Assembly: GCA_010909165.1 (NCBI GenBank)
Contig: VJWM01000178.1
Span: 124,001 to 188,000 of the forward strand
Direction of reading: 5' to 3'
From: Anthoceros angustus
Lineage: Eukaryota; Plantae; Anthocerotophyta
DNA length: 64,000 nt
A program made the position numbers and the translations under genes. The first letter of the stretch is position 1. The number at the start of each line of letters is the position of its first letter. The notes below the pieces were generated by a model, which saw only the letters and a list, made by a program, of their open reading frames with translations, was not told where the DNA came from and searched no databases. This document shows positions 38,531-55,508 of this stretch, in pieces.

Positions 38531-39007
38531 CAGGCAGGTCTGACATCCGAAGCCTCCAAGCCCTTTGACATTCGAAATGGTGAGCAAGTTTTGGAGCGGC
38601 TATCGTTTGGCAAAAGCTCGGTGGTAGAGGCACGGCAATAGGGGGTCGCAGTGCTTTGGCCTGGTACTGGCTCACTTATGTTCTCTTGAGAAGAAACAGA
38701 CCTCGATACCAAGGCCTGGGGGCTCCACCTCCAGGAGAATCCAGTCCAGGAAAAACATTGAAATTGAATTGTGCAGGGAAGTAGCTGTGGAGTCCAAACC
38801 AATTGCGGGGCTGCCAGACATTTTTGTGGCTTCAAGAAGTCAACCTGAACTGAATTCTTTGTCCTACCTTCTTTTGATGGGGCAAATGCAACAGCTGAGC
38901 AAGCACAATTGTGGGGACATGCACCCTCCGGGTGCGACAGAGTGAAGCATGGCCAACTTGCTCCCACCAGGCATTGTTGGCACATGCTTAAACATTGATG
39001 GACTAGT

Positions 39008-41600
<2,593 letters not shown>

Positions 41601-42639
41601 TTCAAGTCTGTATGTAAATATCCTCCATCTTAGCATTTCATTTGACTGGCTTTTCTCCTTTCCGGTTTTAGGGCTTCCATGCCTCCATTATGAGAAAACT
41701 TTAGTGACTTGTGACCTTGGATACCCAATCTAATACACCGATGAAAGGCCAATGTTGGGTTGAAGTTAGATATACAATTTTACCCCGTGGAGATATTGTT
41801 GGTATATTATCCAAATTTTCAGGTGGTTTCAGAGTTTCATCAAAATCATCAAAATGCTTCACCTGTTGCAATAAGTCATTCATAAATATGTTTCATGGGA
41901 TATGTTTCAACTTAACATTCCAATACAATTTCCTGTCTCCCCTTAAAATTTCCCTCTAGCCACTGATAAAGCTTCCAAAAGCGTTGACTCTCTTTAATTT
42001 TTCTTCAATTACTTACAAATTTTCACCTTTACTATTTGTTGCACTAAGTTCATTACAAGACTTCAAAACTTCATTGAACCTAAGGACTGATTGGCATCGT
42101 ATCACTTTCAAACATAGTTATCTATTTAAAAGAACTGGACCCTATACCATATAGGGCTACAGTTTTGGGTGCCCCTTTGCTAAATAGTTGAGTTTTTTAA
42201 AAGATAAATCCAATACCTAAAATATTTTTCATGACTTCAACAACAAGGTATTATATTTTTATTTAATTTAAAACTTATAAATAGTACTATTCTCATCAGG
42301 TGGTCATTGAAATATGGACCATGAAGTAGTTTCTTGGTTAAGATCTATCGTCGGTCCAGGTGGTCGTGGGATCGATCCCTCTGCCGTATTTGTGCCCCCT
42401 AGCACGAAGGGGTATTTCACCGCGTTCGAGATGCGGGGTTTGCCAAGTATTGGTAAGTTTGCGACTACAAATTTGGCAAAGTATGTAATTAATTTTTTTG
42501 GAAAATAATTATTAAAATCAAAAAATCAATAAAAGTGAAAGATAATTTAATTTCCGCCGAAAAGTGTAAGCCCCTAAGTTATAAGTCTGCTTCGTTTTAT
42601 GGATAATATCATAGCCTAGTTCTGATCCAAGGACTTGTG

Positions 42640-44400
42640 GGTTAAGGGCCCACCACAACAACAACAACAACTTTGTTTATGTCCAATAAGGATGAAAGAA
42701 TCATCATGGGATAAAGATGGTACAGCATAAAAGAGGTGAAAAACCGAGTACATATAAATACGTCTACATTAGAGCAATAACTATTTGAGATGAGAGAAAA
42801 AGGAGCTAACACGAAATGACCAATGAGTGTACAGAGTTTGAAGGAGAGAGGAGAACTAAAGTAGCGTGGCAATGCATGAAAACTAGAGGGGTAATTGATA
42901 CGAAACTCCTTCTTGTAAAAATGTAGTCTGGGCTTGAGAGGAGAAGTGGATGAAAGAGGGGTCATCCCAAGTGAAAGAAGGTATCTTAATTTGAGGTCCC
43001 TCTGAATGAGGTGGTTGGGGGGAGGTGAGAGAGGGGAAGCTTGGAGCAGGGAGTAGGCCAAGCCGGGAGTCTAAAAGGTTCAAGCTCGAGCCTTTTAAGC
43101 CGATCAGTAGCCTGGGAGAGCCAACAAAAAGATGCCTTGGAATCAAAATTGAGCCAAAGCAAACGGGAAGACCTGCAGGCAAGGAGGTGGTAAGGGTAAG
43201 GGGTGGGGTTGGCAATGTCAAGGAGGTGATGGCAGTAAAAGAAAGAGGACAGGCGAAAAAGGCCTTAAAATTCAAGATTAACAGTGAGACGTTTAGCTTT
43301 GCAAAAGTTATATAACACGTGAAATTGCTTTTGGAGGCCTTCCGAGGTATGCGAGAAAAGCACAATATCCTGATCAACATATAAGAGGATAGGAATATTC
43401 TTGAGGAATAGGCGAGCGCTTGGATTGCCAGACTTTAGAACCCACTCTTGAAGCTCATATACATACAACCCAAAAAGATTCAGGGACAAAGGGTCACCCT
43501 CATGAACGCCAAGTTGGATGGGAATCTGGTGAGTAAATAAACCATGCGTAGTTTGGATTCAAGCATAAACCTGACTGCAAAGAAGGGTAGCAACATGCCA
43601 CAAATGTGAAGGCAACTCAAGAAATTTCAGTTTGTTAAACAGCTTGTCCCAAGACTCAGAGTTGAAAGACCTTTTAAAATCTACAAAGCAACATGCTTCT
43701 TCCCGCATCGAGCCTCATCAACAAAATAGCCCTGAGGATAAAAATATTGTCCAATTTAAGTGTTCCAACCAAGACGGAAACCAGCTCGGCCCCGGGCACG
43801 CACCTTAGCCTCCTCAGCCCATGAGCTAGTTAGAATCTCCGAACAAGAGCTGTAAATCTTTGCATATGTAGACTCCACAATAATCAATCTGTAGTAGAAT
43901 GGAGGTAAAGGTCGCCGGCTTTAAGAATGGAGTGGATATCATTTTCACAGTAGGGGATCAAGGAAACCGAGAGGCAATGCAGTAATAAACAGAATGGCAA
44001 TGTGAGAAGAGATTCAAGGTCAGCAAATCGGAATAAATCTCCAAGGATACCTATAGGGTCTGATGCGGTACCACTTCTCGACTTCCTGATGATACGGGCC
44101 ACGAGATTGGCGTTGCAAAACCTGAGGCCGGGATCACAGGAATCAAGAGCAGGGAAGGTAGAGGGGATGTGGTAAAGACCATTAACCTTAGGAGAGGAGG
44201 TCAGGATCAGGTTTGAGAAGGATAGGGGTGTGAGTATGGAATTCGTTCCAAAAGGTAGAGCCAATAGGGATGGTCGTCCGAGAGAAGTAAGATAGATGTG
44301 TGTACGAGAGAAGTAAGACAGATGTGTTCAGATAAAACATTTGGAACTTTTTCATGGAGAGAAAAATTTTATAAGGTTTGATTGACCACACTTGCCCCGC
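42640..44400 (-). mobile_element. Degenerate non-LTR retrotransposon (LINE) RT fragment
   Basis: GRAGFR, DNIFILRAI, VDFKRSF, GVHEGDPLSLNLFGLYV, LLYVDQDIVL (YADD-like) and FCKAKRLTVN. Confidence 0.8.
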
Positions 44401-45426
44401 GCCACTCGGATTTGTTTACGATTAAGTGTCGAACTATTAAGCCTATAATAAACTCGACTTCCACAATTAAATTCAAAAGTGAGAATGTCGAACTTCTAGA
44501 TTGTGAGATGTGAGAGCCCCATTTGAATCAAGGGACCCGTGAGCACCACGGTTCGCTCCATCTTCCTCTGATGGAGAGAGCCTGGTTTCGATGCACAGAC
44601 CCGTCGATTATGGCCCCACCAAACTTGCGCTGGGCCCTCGAATGGTATGTTTTGGTAATTCAAGTCCTCTCCTTCAACCCAGTGCGCACTGGGGCAGCGC
44701 ACACCCGAGGAATGGCAAATGCCCGATGCACATGGAGTGTGCGCACTCCTTGTGGGCGGGTGCTGCTCCTACTCCACGCTTCCGGGGAATCTTGTATTCC
44801 TGGACCCTGAACCCTAAACCCTAAATTCCCTGCCCTGGGTGCAGCTTTCCATCGGCCGGACTAGATCGACGTCGCTTGGGGCCCATGGGAACCCGCGGTG
44901 GAGGCGAATTCGCAGCTGCTCGATCGTGGGGACTGGTACTCTTGAGAAAGAATTAGGCACTGCAGGACGTTGAAGCTGAACGTCATGAACCTATCCAGGT
45001 TTATTCGGCTGCTCACTGCTCGGAGCAGAGGTTTCTATCCTGCGCCGACCAAACCCGGAAAGATGTAGACGCACCTCTGATGAGACTCCCACAAGTCCCG
45101 TCCATCTTGCTCCACACGAGAAACACGCTCCTCACTTCAACCTACGCTCAAGTCAAACCGTCCTACAGAGGAGGATAGAAGGGATCTTCGCCTGGTTGTT
45201 AGAAGTTTCAACAACGGTTTACAGTGCGATATTGTTATTCTGACACACAAATCCGCAGTACTCAACATGTGTTCAACGTTGATACACGCGTGTTTCCTTC
45301 ACGAACGGATATAAAATTCCCTCGAAACAAGACATCCAAAGAACACAACTTGACAATCTCGCTCTCTGCAGTCGCATTTGGGAAGCTGGAAGCAGTTCTG
45401 CAGCAAGGTGAGCGATGTCTTTGCAA

Positions 45427-46531
45427 ATGGCGAGGCCGATGCTGGTTGTAGCTCTCTTGTCCATGGTGATCACCATCGAGGCGCATTCATGGACTAAACC
45501 GGGGAAGCACCACCACAAATCCCCCCCTCGTAAGTTCCGATTCCGGAGCAGCGTTCTTGTCTAACCTAAGTCTGTGACGCAATCAAACATGGAGTTTGGA
45601 TGTCATGTGGCTTGGTCTAGTGGATATCTCTACAATTATGAACTGGAGGTTACAGGTTCGAGGTACGTTGCTTGATCTTGACAACATATGCTGATCAATG
45701 GATGCATCCACACTCTCCCGCTCTCCCTGCGCAGCTGCCCGCTGCGGATACGGGTCTGTCTGCAACGACCCCGTGATGAGGACCCAAACCGGGCAGCAAT
45801 TCTACTTCCACGGCCGCAAGAACGCCGACTTCTGCCTGGTGTCCGACATCGAGCTCCACATCAACGCGCACTTCATCGGGCTCGAGGGCGCCACGGTGCA
45901 GCACGACTTCACCTGGGTGCAGTCCCTGGGCGTGCTCTTCGCGGGGAACCAGCTCTACATCGGGGCGCGCAAGGTGGCGAACTGGGATGAGGCTCAGGAC
46001 CAGCTCATCCTGGTGCTGAATTCGGACCCCGTCGTGCTGCCTGCCGGAGCCGGGGCTGTGTGGGATTCCCCGTTGCACGGCGTGGTGGTGGCCCGCACCG
46101 GGGAGGCCAACGCGATCACCGTGGACGTGGCCGGATACGTGAAGCTCACGGTGTTCGTGACCCCCGTGAGCCCGGAGGATGACGCCGCCCACAGCTACGG
46201 CGTGCCATTCGGCGCCGACTGCATGGCGCACCTGGACGTGAGCTTCCAGTTCGCGCGCCTCTCAGACCAGGCGCACGGCGTGCTCGGCCAGACCTATCAC
46301 CCCGGCTTCCAGATGCCGCCCACCACCGGCTCCGCCCGCATTTCCACCATGGGCGACCAGGAGAAGTACATCACGTCCGGGGTGATGGCCCCCGACTGCG
46401 CTGTGTCCAAGTTCCACGTTGCCGGCGATGCTGCCACACCCAGTCTGCTCGCCGACGAGCTCGCGCAGCCTGTGACTTGCGGCACTGGCGGTGCCACTGG
46501 CCATGGGCTGGGCACGGTGTGCCGCCGTTAA
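45427..46531 (+). CDS. Secreted root-cap/LEA-related domain protein, join(45427..45529,45735..46531)
   Basis: Signal-peptide-like exon MARPMLVVALLSMVITIEA and an in-phase GT-AG intron, then CNDP..FYFHG..DFCLVSD..HINAHFIG, DFTWVQSLG, HGVLGQTY and C-terminal CRR. Confidence 0.92.
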
Positions 46532-47919
46532 GGACACGTTGCTTCGAGCATGATAGTGGAGGTGCATCTACATGATCATATGGATGTGATAATAGCAGAC
46601 CTCAAATCCGTCGGTGCACTGGCCCAAAGGCCTGAGCTGATCGGGATTTCAGAAGACCTGCCTTAATCAGAAAGTAGAATAACTTCCTGGGCCATGGAAG
46701 CTCAAGGAAAGCTTGCACCATAGACCACTCGGCTGTGGTGAGGCCTAGTGATAATCCAGTGCCTTGGCCTCCAGCACCCTACTACTACTAGTTTATGGTG
46801 CAGCCTGGTAGGTGATATAACCGTATGGTGGTTTTGGCCCCATCTTTCTCTTGAGCAAGCGTCGAGTGCAGGACTTCGATGTCTCCTCACTCATGAGTTG
46901 TTCGTCAGAGCTCCGTGAGCACCGTTCACCTGGATGAAATACTCATCCAAGATGACAGAATCTCCCCTAAATGCTGCAGGTGATTGAATGAGATACCCTT
47001 GGCTACTGACTCTTGAATTCATCACGAATCAATTACTCATACTCGGCATCACGGCCACTTGCTGGATTTGACGCAGGTGGCCACTGCTTGCTCGCTGAGT
47101 GTCATTCGCGTTCATGGTCTCACCGCCAGATTAAGGGTTTTGATGTCAACCGGAAAAGATTGGAGTAGGGTTACACCTGCCCCTGATGGGTGGCACCAGA
47201 AGGGCAGGCAGGCGGATGGGGCGCGCAATTGCCCAGGAAAGCACGGTGAGTGATAGCTCTGAACTTTGAGTTTGCTAAGGGTCAAATAGGTAGGGAACAC
47301 TGTGAGAGAACTGAGCGTTCCTCTTCAAAAAGGCACAATTCAGATTTGGATGGCCGCGGTTTTGTGAAAGTGAACGTGTCCATGTCGAAACTATCCGATA
47401 AAGTGCATGCATTTTGTATAACCCTGGGTGTAATTCCTCTTGAGAGTTTGCTTTCGGCACTCCTGGTATTAAAGACTTCCGTGGATAGGCAAAGGTGAGC
47501 TTGTTGGATGGGCTATGCAAATGTCATCATACCCTGAGCAGGGTATCCCTGGAAGCAGGGCAAGGGACTGGAAGTCCTTCGTCTTTGCAGGGAACCGGTA
47601 GTGAGTGTTGAAGATAATCCGGCCTGCGTGGTGCCGGCAGGTTGCATGGGATTCTAGCCGCTGGTGCTGTGTGCTTGAAGTAGCGCATGTTGTTGAGGTT
47701 GCGCTTTCACGGGTGACGGGCTGACAACGGAACGAATTCCTACTTAGCTCATTCATTCTTCCTGGAATTCATTCATGGCCATCTCATCGTGAAGCAGCCA
47801 TGCTGCTTATGTCATGACCTGGTGCTCGCATTTTTTGAACAATCCCAGCCCAGTGTTTATTGCATCAAGACTTGCAAGATGCAAAGAATCGCCCTGTCTT
47901 GACGTTGACAAACGGTGCA

Positions 47920-50446
47920 TCACAGCAAGCCTCTTTTCGGTGTGCTCTTTTGCATGCCCCCCAGTCGATCTTTGAGCTTTTCCACAGTCAAAGGCTTGCT
48001 AACGAACTCATCGAACCCGCTTCTTGCGCACTTCACCATGTCTCCGTCTGCAAGAGGACAGAAGGATCACCGAGCTTGCGAAAGGATACAAAAAACTAGA
48101 GTTGGTCAGTCAGACCATGTACCCACCTGATACATTTGCGGTTACAGCAAATATTACAAGGGGCTTCCTAACGGGCTCTTGTTCAGCTTCCCATTCGCGA
48201 ACTGCTTCCACCTGCACCATTAAATCCAACAAGTGAACTTAATTCAGCATATCTGTTTGAGAGAATGAACTACATAGCAGCGTATCAATGCTGAGTGGGG
48301 CATGCGCTCACCGTACGAGTTCCGTCCATCACTGGCATGTTCAAGTCCATCAGCACAAGATCGAATTTTGCTGGCAAATCCTTGCAACCAGAGAGACTGT
48401 CACTGTCCTGTTCAGGACTATTCTGCAATATGTCAAGGGCCTCCTTGCCGTTGCAAGCAAGGGTCACCTTACAACCCTGACTTTCGAGTAGCCTTTGTCC
48501 TATTTTCCTATTCACCATATCATCTTCGGCAAGTAGAACCTGCCCTTCACGACCACAGGGGTCAGCCAAGATAAACAGCACTCCTTCCATGCTAAAAGAT
48601 AAGATCTGGCAGAGCTCTCACAGTACCTTTTTCCCAAACAAGCACTCCACCACCTCAGATTTGGTATTCCAGACTCCGGAGGTCCTTTGCTGCCGAGTAG
48701 ATGCAGCCAAACTGCTAGGGTTGTTGATTCTGGAGTGTAGCCAAGTTCACTGGTTGCTTAACAAGGCAAGCAGAAGTTTTTGCTGTAATAGGAGACGCAT
48801 TTTTGGGACGTTGCGGTGTTTACATTATGACCCCAGTTGCCTCAGATTCAGAAAGTAAAGTGATCAGGTTGAGTTCCAAACGCAAAGGGAAAGGAAGCAA
48901 GAAGAGACAGACCCATAGCGCGAGGCTGGTCCAACTCCATCAGCACATAAATCTTGTGGCAAATTCTGAAGAAGTGACGAAATAAGGCCACGCTGGAACA
49001 CAACTACAGACACTCGCGAGTACTAGCAATAAATACTGAAAGTCTAAGCAGCTCCTTACCTTATCCTCGTAGGCATGTATATTCGATGAGGTGGCCTCCA
49101 GTGGTTTTGACATCTGCGATCTGTCTCCCAATGCAGTTGCACACGACACCCTACCCTGTGCAGCTGATGTATCAGAAGAGCTCTGCTGACTATCTCCGTC
49201 CACCAACTTAACAGGACCCACTTTGGTTGGAAAGGAGCTTGAGGTTGGAGCAAACCCAGGTTGGCTGGTTGACGAAGTCTGGTCCTGCCATATGAGTAGC
49301 CGAGTATGAAAACGTTCACTGCTTGTGCCCTTACTCCGTCACTTGAGCTGTGGCCAGCTAGCTGCTTCACGAAATCCATTATGCAGATGCAGGCAAGCAG
49401 CGTACGGAAGTGTTCGAAAAACAGCACCTTCCAGAAACAGTTGTCTCCTTTACCTCAAAGGGTGTCAGGTCATGCTCCACCCACGCATACCACCTACACA
49501 GCGGAGAGTGGAGATTTCGCATGAGAAATAAACCTAAGAAATGGCCCCCCACGGCCCCAGGTTTGACCAGACCTCTGCAACCTGTCTCGCAAACACAAGA
49601 AACTTGCCTTGCACCAACGGCTCTACCCGCGGCTTGAACCGGCGCATACTCTGAATCTTTCTTTCTTCGCCTATAAGCGACACAGGTTTTCGCCGTGCCG
49701 GGTTCTTGGAGCACCTGCACGTCCATGTTGGCGCGCATAAAACAAGGCTGTGGCTCGGACGCCAGAGATGAGCCTATCACATGATTCCCAACTTACAAGC
49801 GGGGCAAATACCTGTCGGATGGTGGACGCATCATCCGGATGACAACTAGCCCATGCAGATGAGCCAATAAGGTCCGATGGCAGCCATCCCAGCATTCGCT
49901 TGCAGCTTGGGGACACGTAACAGAGCTCCCACTGGGCCACACAACGTCACATTTTTGAGTGCTTGCCATCAAACCCCGAGATCTGCAGCTTGCACAATGG
50001 CCTGCTACATCCGACTGACCTGAGAGCGTTCAGCCACGAAGAGAGTCCAAGGAGCGGTTGCACTGAGAACCAACACGTCTGCCACAAGCGAAATGTCCAA
50101 GCCCTCCACCGGGGGCGCTGGCAGGTCCGCAATCCATGGTCCAAAAGCCAGGGTTCTGCATCCATAGTGATAGGATTGAGGAATCATCTGGAACGGAGAA
50201 TTGCACAACCTGTGGACCCGCAATGGAGCTTGAGGTGAAGAACACTGACTGTTTGGCCTCGGATGCTGGCCCGGCGCTGCTGAGCTGAGCAAAGAGCATG
50301 ATGAGCTCCTCCAGAGCTCGGATCTCGGCCTGCAACATGAGCAAGGATGCAGGGTTGCCGTCCACTTGGAGCAGCTGCTGATCCAGCTCGTGGAAGAAGC
50401 GCCTGTACACCCGCAGCCTATCTGCCGCAGCGATTGGGGCCGCCAT
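47920..50446 (-). CDS. PAS/PAC plus response-regulator receiver protein, no recognisable histidine-kinase core, multi-exon
   Basis: PAS: YVSPSCKRMLGWLPSDLIG..CHPDD..WYAWVEHDLT. Receiver: VLLAEDDMVNRKI..DLVLMDLNMPVMDG..FAVTANV..FDEFVSKPL. Confidence 0.8.
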
Positions 50447-50857
50447 CGCTCAATGCCCGATGCTCGTGCTCTCGCCTTCGCCTCGCTCCACGCATTTGAG
50501 GAACACCTGGGCGGAGCTGTCGATTGGCCATGACGCAGTAACCGTTGGTAGTTGGATCGCCAGGCCCTGTCCCTTCACCTTGAAGCGAAGCGACCTACTG
50601 CAAGTGATATGGACTTTATTTTTTCTCTGACGCTAAGTACCTGGGCATACATTTTTAAGTCCAGCTCTGTAACTAACATTATTTCTAGCGACCTGTACAG
50701 GCATGATTTGCCCAGGTGTGAACACACGCCATGCTAGAGCCCTGTTTGTTAGTTAGTCGGCTTCAACAATGGCACCCTTGCGGGTGGGTGACTGATCTAC
50801 AAGAATGTTAATTCAGTACCGACATGGTCAAGTCAAGCTACACACCCCACGACTCAA

Positions 50858-53800
50858 TCAGGACAGATCACACAGCCGAGGTCTGCTGCAGAAATCCTTC
50901 CCATTCGCCCTCACGAACGCAATCACACCAGCTGTCAACCCAGCCCATATGACACTGTAGAAGAAATGAGTAGCATCCTCGCCCACTGCACAGCATTCCA
51001 GGAAATGAGCAAGCCTCCTCAGAGACCAAACGACGGTCGACATTTGGCATTGTGAAACAACCACTGCAAAACCGTCATACCTTGCCTCAGTGAGTAAGTT
51101 GTCAGAGTAGCGCCTGCAACAACCAAGGCCGAATATACAGGTAGATACTGCAAAGGGGTATACCACAACAAGAACACATATTAGACCTTGTTTGAAGCGT
51201 ATAGAATCATGTTCCCTGTCAGAGTCTTGTCAAGAGTGGAATTACGTTCTTTCCTCACACAGTGCCGTGCCAATCTCCAAAGCAGTCAGGCATGTGACGT
51301 AAGACATGCAAGCAACGAAACCGTCAAAGATATCGTGGAGTAAGATACTTACTGCAATAGCCTCAAATCCATTCAGATCAAATGGAGATTTTGCATTCCG
51401 GTCCACAGAAAAATGTCCAGCAACAAGGTCCATCGCATCCTGCTCGAGGCATGTCATGCAACACAGCACCTATAAGTATGGTTTCATTCAAGAAGGACTA
51501 ATTGAACTGCTCTATGGCACCTCCGTGCAGGGACTACAGTGTCCTCAATGCAAGGATTTGTAATATCCTCTATGCAGGGACTGGGCCATATCAAACAGAT
51601 TCAAGTGTGAATATACCTGTCTGGCACCGTCTTTGAAGTTGTTCAAATAATACCTAGAAAGGGCATTGACACCATCCTGGACCAGCCCTAAAAAAGTCCG
51701 TCTTCCGTACCTGACAGATGTGACCGCATATTATTACTACATTAGGCATCTTTTTTGTCCGGCAGGAAAGCTTTTCACTCACACTTAATCTAAACCCAAG
51801 GTCCTGACGATCGAAATTATAAAACTCTCTAAAATTGCCCCAACAGTCTGTTCACATTACCTTACAAAGTCACCTTTGAGGGCTGGAGTGCCAGAATACT
51901 GAATGCTGATTTCATCGCCATGATTTGCCCACACTAGCCCACAAACCCCGGTTAGGGTAATGGAGGATGCTCACAACTCGCTACACAGAAACTTGTGATC
52001 CACTACCTAATGTATCCTCAACAGGTCAAGATATTTTGACAGCAGAAAGGATATCAGTTACGGAGTCTTACATATCTTGTATTTCTCATTGAAGACAAAG
52101 TGTTCAGCAATAGTTTCGTTGGGCTCAAAAACTCCTCGCGATTGAAGCTGAGCTTCAAGGACCTTCCGTCCCAGTAGACTCTGTGATCACACAAGAAACA
52201 AATTTGTTACCAACGGAGGAAGCAATCCACAAGACGCTCCTGGACTGAAGAGGCCACCCAGAGAGGGCAGGCATACTCATTGTACTTCAGTAACAAAGAG
52301 AGCCCTGCGCTGACCTACCTGTGTTACATTTGTCCGATCCAAACAGTCTATGCAATTTGTCCTCACGATTCCTCTCTGATCTTGAACCTTCTCACCTCCA
52401 ACGGTCAAATAATAGCTGCAACCCAGCCATGGCAGCTAAGAACAGCTGCATGACAAAGAAACCATGCTGTCATACAGAACTTTCACAGTAACAAGTATCT
52501 AGGACTCACCCTTGCTGACCCACTTGATCTGAAATTTGATCGTACAATACTGACAGGAGCTCAAAGTGCATATGGCCACAGACAGCATGGAAGTCAAAAG
52601 GCACATATCTGGAGTCACTCAAGAGATTATTAGAACCATCACCTTCATATTTTGCAAATCTTTGAAGCCAAGGTAAAGAATTTGAGGATTCACCTGACAT
52701 TTCGATCTTCGAGATTTTGCATGGCTGCGGCATAAGCTACTCCCAGCACCGCCTCACTTCCATGCTGACGGGCACAGCCAGAAGATTTACTTTACTTACA
52801 ACATTCGGCTAGGTTAAGAACGAGGAGACTTCAACAAAGTCAATCCATGTATGTACCTGATTTATAAGGTCCAGAACCAATACAGATCCGTATCTAATTG
52901 TGAGATCTCGAAAATGGCGTTCCACAATTTTTGGCTGGTCCACACAGTAGGTTTTTGAGCAGAGACTCCCACTCGAGCTCCACAACAGAGTGCTAGACAT
53001 GGCAGAGGATCGTTTATCAAGAAGGTCTGTGGCATGTACCGTTTCCACCTCTTCCACAGCTTTGATAGCAGGCTTGTATCTCAAATCTACTATCTGCTCC
53101 CACAATATTGGAATCGATCCTCGAACCTGCAAGGATGAAATCCCACATTCATCTAGGTGAGAGGGAACATCCACCTCATATTCTACAGTAGTTCACAAAA
53201 AAGTTACCTGCACGTATGAAGCAAGAAACCCATCCCCAACTACAACTTGTTCGCTTTCCACAAAGTTAGCTACAAACCCTTCCCTGTCTGCTCCTCTTCT
53301 CCACATTCGAGTGCCTAGATGTGCAACTTATGTCAGCCGAATTGTCGGGAAGATTAGGTGAGTTAAAACTCACAAGACAGCTGCAGAAGGCAAAGTTTCA
53401 CCTATTCGCCTGATGGATCTTCTTGATATCAACACAACATCTATTGTTTTTGCTCTCACAGACACCTTAAAAGTCTGAAAGCGTAATTCTAGAATTAAGG
53501 CTGAACAGATAACAGATTTCCAAAAATTAAAACGTTAAAACTTTCATGTCCAGAGTGAATGAGCAACAACCAGCAACTACTATTTCACCCCATTTCAATT
53601 TTCTTTGAAGGATATTGCCTTGAATTACTGGAAGAACAAACGCCTCGAGCTGCACAAGGGCACCAGAAGAATTGGCAAAAAAATCAAAGGGGAGAGGCAA
53701 GCAAACAGCACCAAGCGCATAGCTTGCATGAGGAAACAAGAAGAAATACCTTGCTCTCAATCACCTCCTCAAGCAGATGCTTGTTCCAAAGAAACCGGGG

Positions 53801-55508
53801 ATCAGCCTGGACAAACGTCAAACCACCATTGCAGAAGATACAATTAAAAGAAGTTCAGTTCATACTGACAAGAAACTCAACGACCCCATTGATGAGATCA
53901 ACCCTTTGCGGCATCAAACAAGGTAAGAAGATCACCTGCTTCCAAAGGGGCAGCACCTTTCCTGTTGAGAGGATAGCATGGCTCCTCTGTGCACTGCAGG
54001 TCAGAAACTTTCAGTCAGAAATGCTGGTCCCCGTGCAAACCATCAACAGCCAGAACTTGACAACAACTTTAAAATTCCCAAGTGCCAGCTTACTTGAGAG
54101 TCAAATCAGCTTCATAAGAAAAAAATAGGCCAGGAGTTGTCTCCACCACCTTGAGAAGGCCAAGATAATGAGCTTCGTCTTTTTTCTGCTACAAATGTCA
54201 TCCAAAAGTTAAGGACTATGTTCCCTTCAACCAGATGTCACAAAAAAAGTTCTGAAAATCACACAGGACGATCTCAGATTCTGAGGTATACAAGACCGAA
54301 TTCCTGAAAGCAACAGAAACTCGCATGTGCCCATCCATGCTGGTCTACAGACTACAATCAAGGTCGAGAAGTAAACCTGCTTTGCGGTTGCATTTTTAAG
54401 ATCTAGATTGCAGCTCAGGAACTTCATTGACCGTACACGATACACAGAAGCACCTCGATAGGAACCAACCTCTTCACGGGAGGTAATAACAAGGGCATAG
54501 GCACCTACAAGACTCAAACCAACCTCGTCAGAACCCTTGTATCCATAACTAACAGAGCTTTAAGGTCTATTTGCACTATCGCTGTTGCCACAAAACTAAA
54601 ATTTTCTCGCTAGTCTATGAATCCATCAACACAATGGCGTCTTGTTCCAACCAGCCCTGGCTACAGAAAGGATAGTCCATCAAAAAGCTGCACGAAGAGG
54701 TTCAGAAACGGTACCTGTCAAAAGCCGAACAACTCCGACAAGACCAAAGACAACGCTTGTTTGTGGAGTGGTTGCACACTCCGGCAGCTGGCCTACAGAG
54801 CAACAGAACGAATCCTAAATCAGGCCAAAGTAGCCGGCAGCAACAAACGTTCCTGCGTTCAAGCCACACAAGCCCATGATCCTAACTCTGCAACAACAGT
54901 CCTGCTTCAAGAGTGCGAAATGAAGGAACTGCCCCATACATCAACGTCTCACACGGCGTTTCCAATTCCATGCCAAGTGACAGGTCACGCCCCAGCAACA
55001 AAGAGATCACATCTGCTGAAAGCCAATGCTCCGTGCTAGAAACCCCCCGGCTAATGCATGCCACCTCACAGCCAAAACCAAACCATCCAAACAGAGCAGC
55101 GGCCCAACACGAGCTGGCATTCTAAAAAACCACGTCAACTCCAAAAATTGTTCCCAATTACGACCACAATTGGCCAAGTCGGACCCCACAGCGCGGCCGT
55201 CTCCGCCCGCCTGCAAACAACGCCCCCAAAACCTACTCCACGCAGCCATGCAGCACATCCAGATGCCACAGAATTGCAGCAACACCGCAATCCCAAGCGC
55301 GGATCCCGCAATGCCAAGAGCCACGGCAAGCACACTCACTGAGGGCCGCCACGTCGCCTGAGGTCCGATCAATTGACAAGTACTGCGACGCAAACGCATC
55401 AGTCGGCTCGAACACGTACTGCCCGGGGAACTCCCAAAGCCGCATCCGGCTGCAAATCCGGGGTTCCTCCCCGAACACCCCCATCTCCCTGCCCCCGGCC
55501 ACCGTCAT
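50858..55508 (-). CDS. SAC8: SAC1-like phosphoinositide phosphatase (SAC8 type), multi-exon
   Basis: [43 protein letters not shown], the catalytic [15 protein letters not shown], and a C-terminal TM region ending [12 protein letters not shown]. Confidence 0.95.

Noticed and set aside
44496-44830. FEGPAQVWW gag-like motif and two ccctaaa telomere units
   Set aside because: Too short to support a feature. Isolated telo-box-like units are common.
46600-47800. Short minus-strand ORFs between the root-cap and PAS-receiver genes
   Set aside because: No motifs or coherent exon chain could be built.
49520-49550. FISHAKSPL as a histidine-kinase H-box
   Set aside because: It falls in a likely intron. 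The in-phase exon there encodes the PAC end WYAWVEHDLT.
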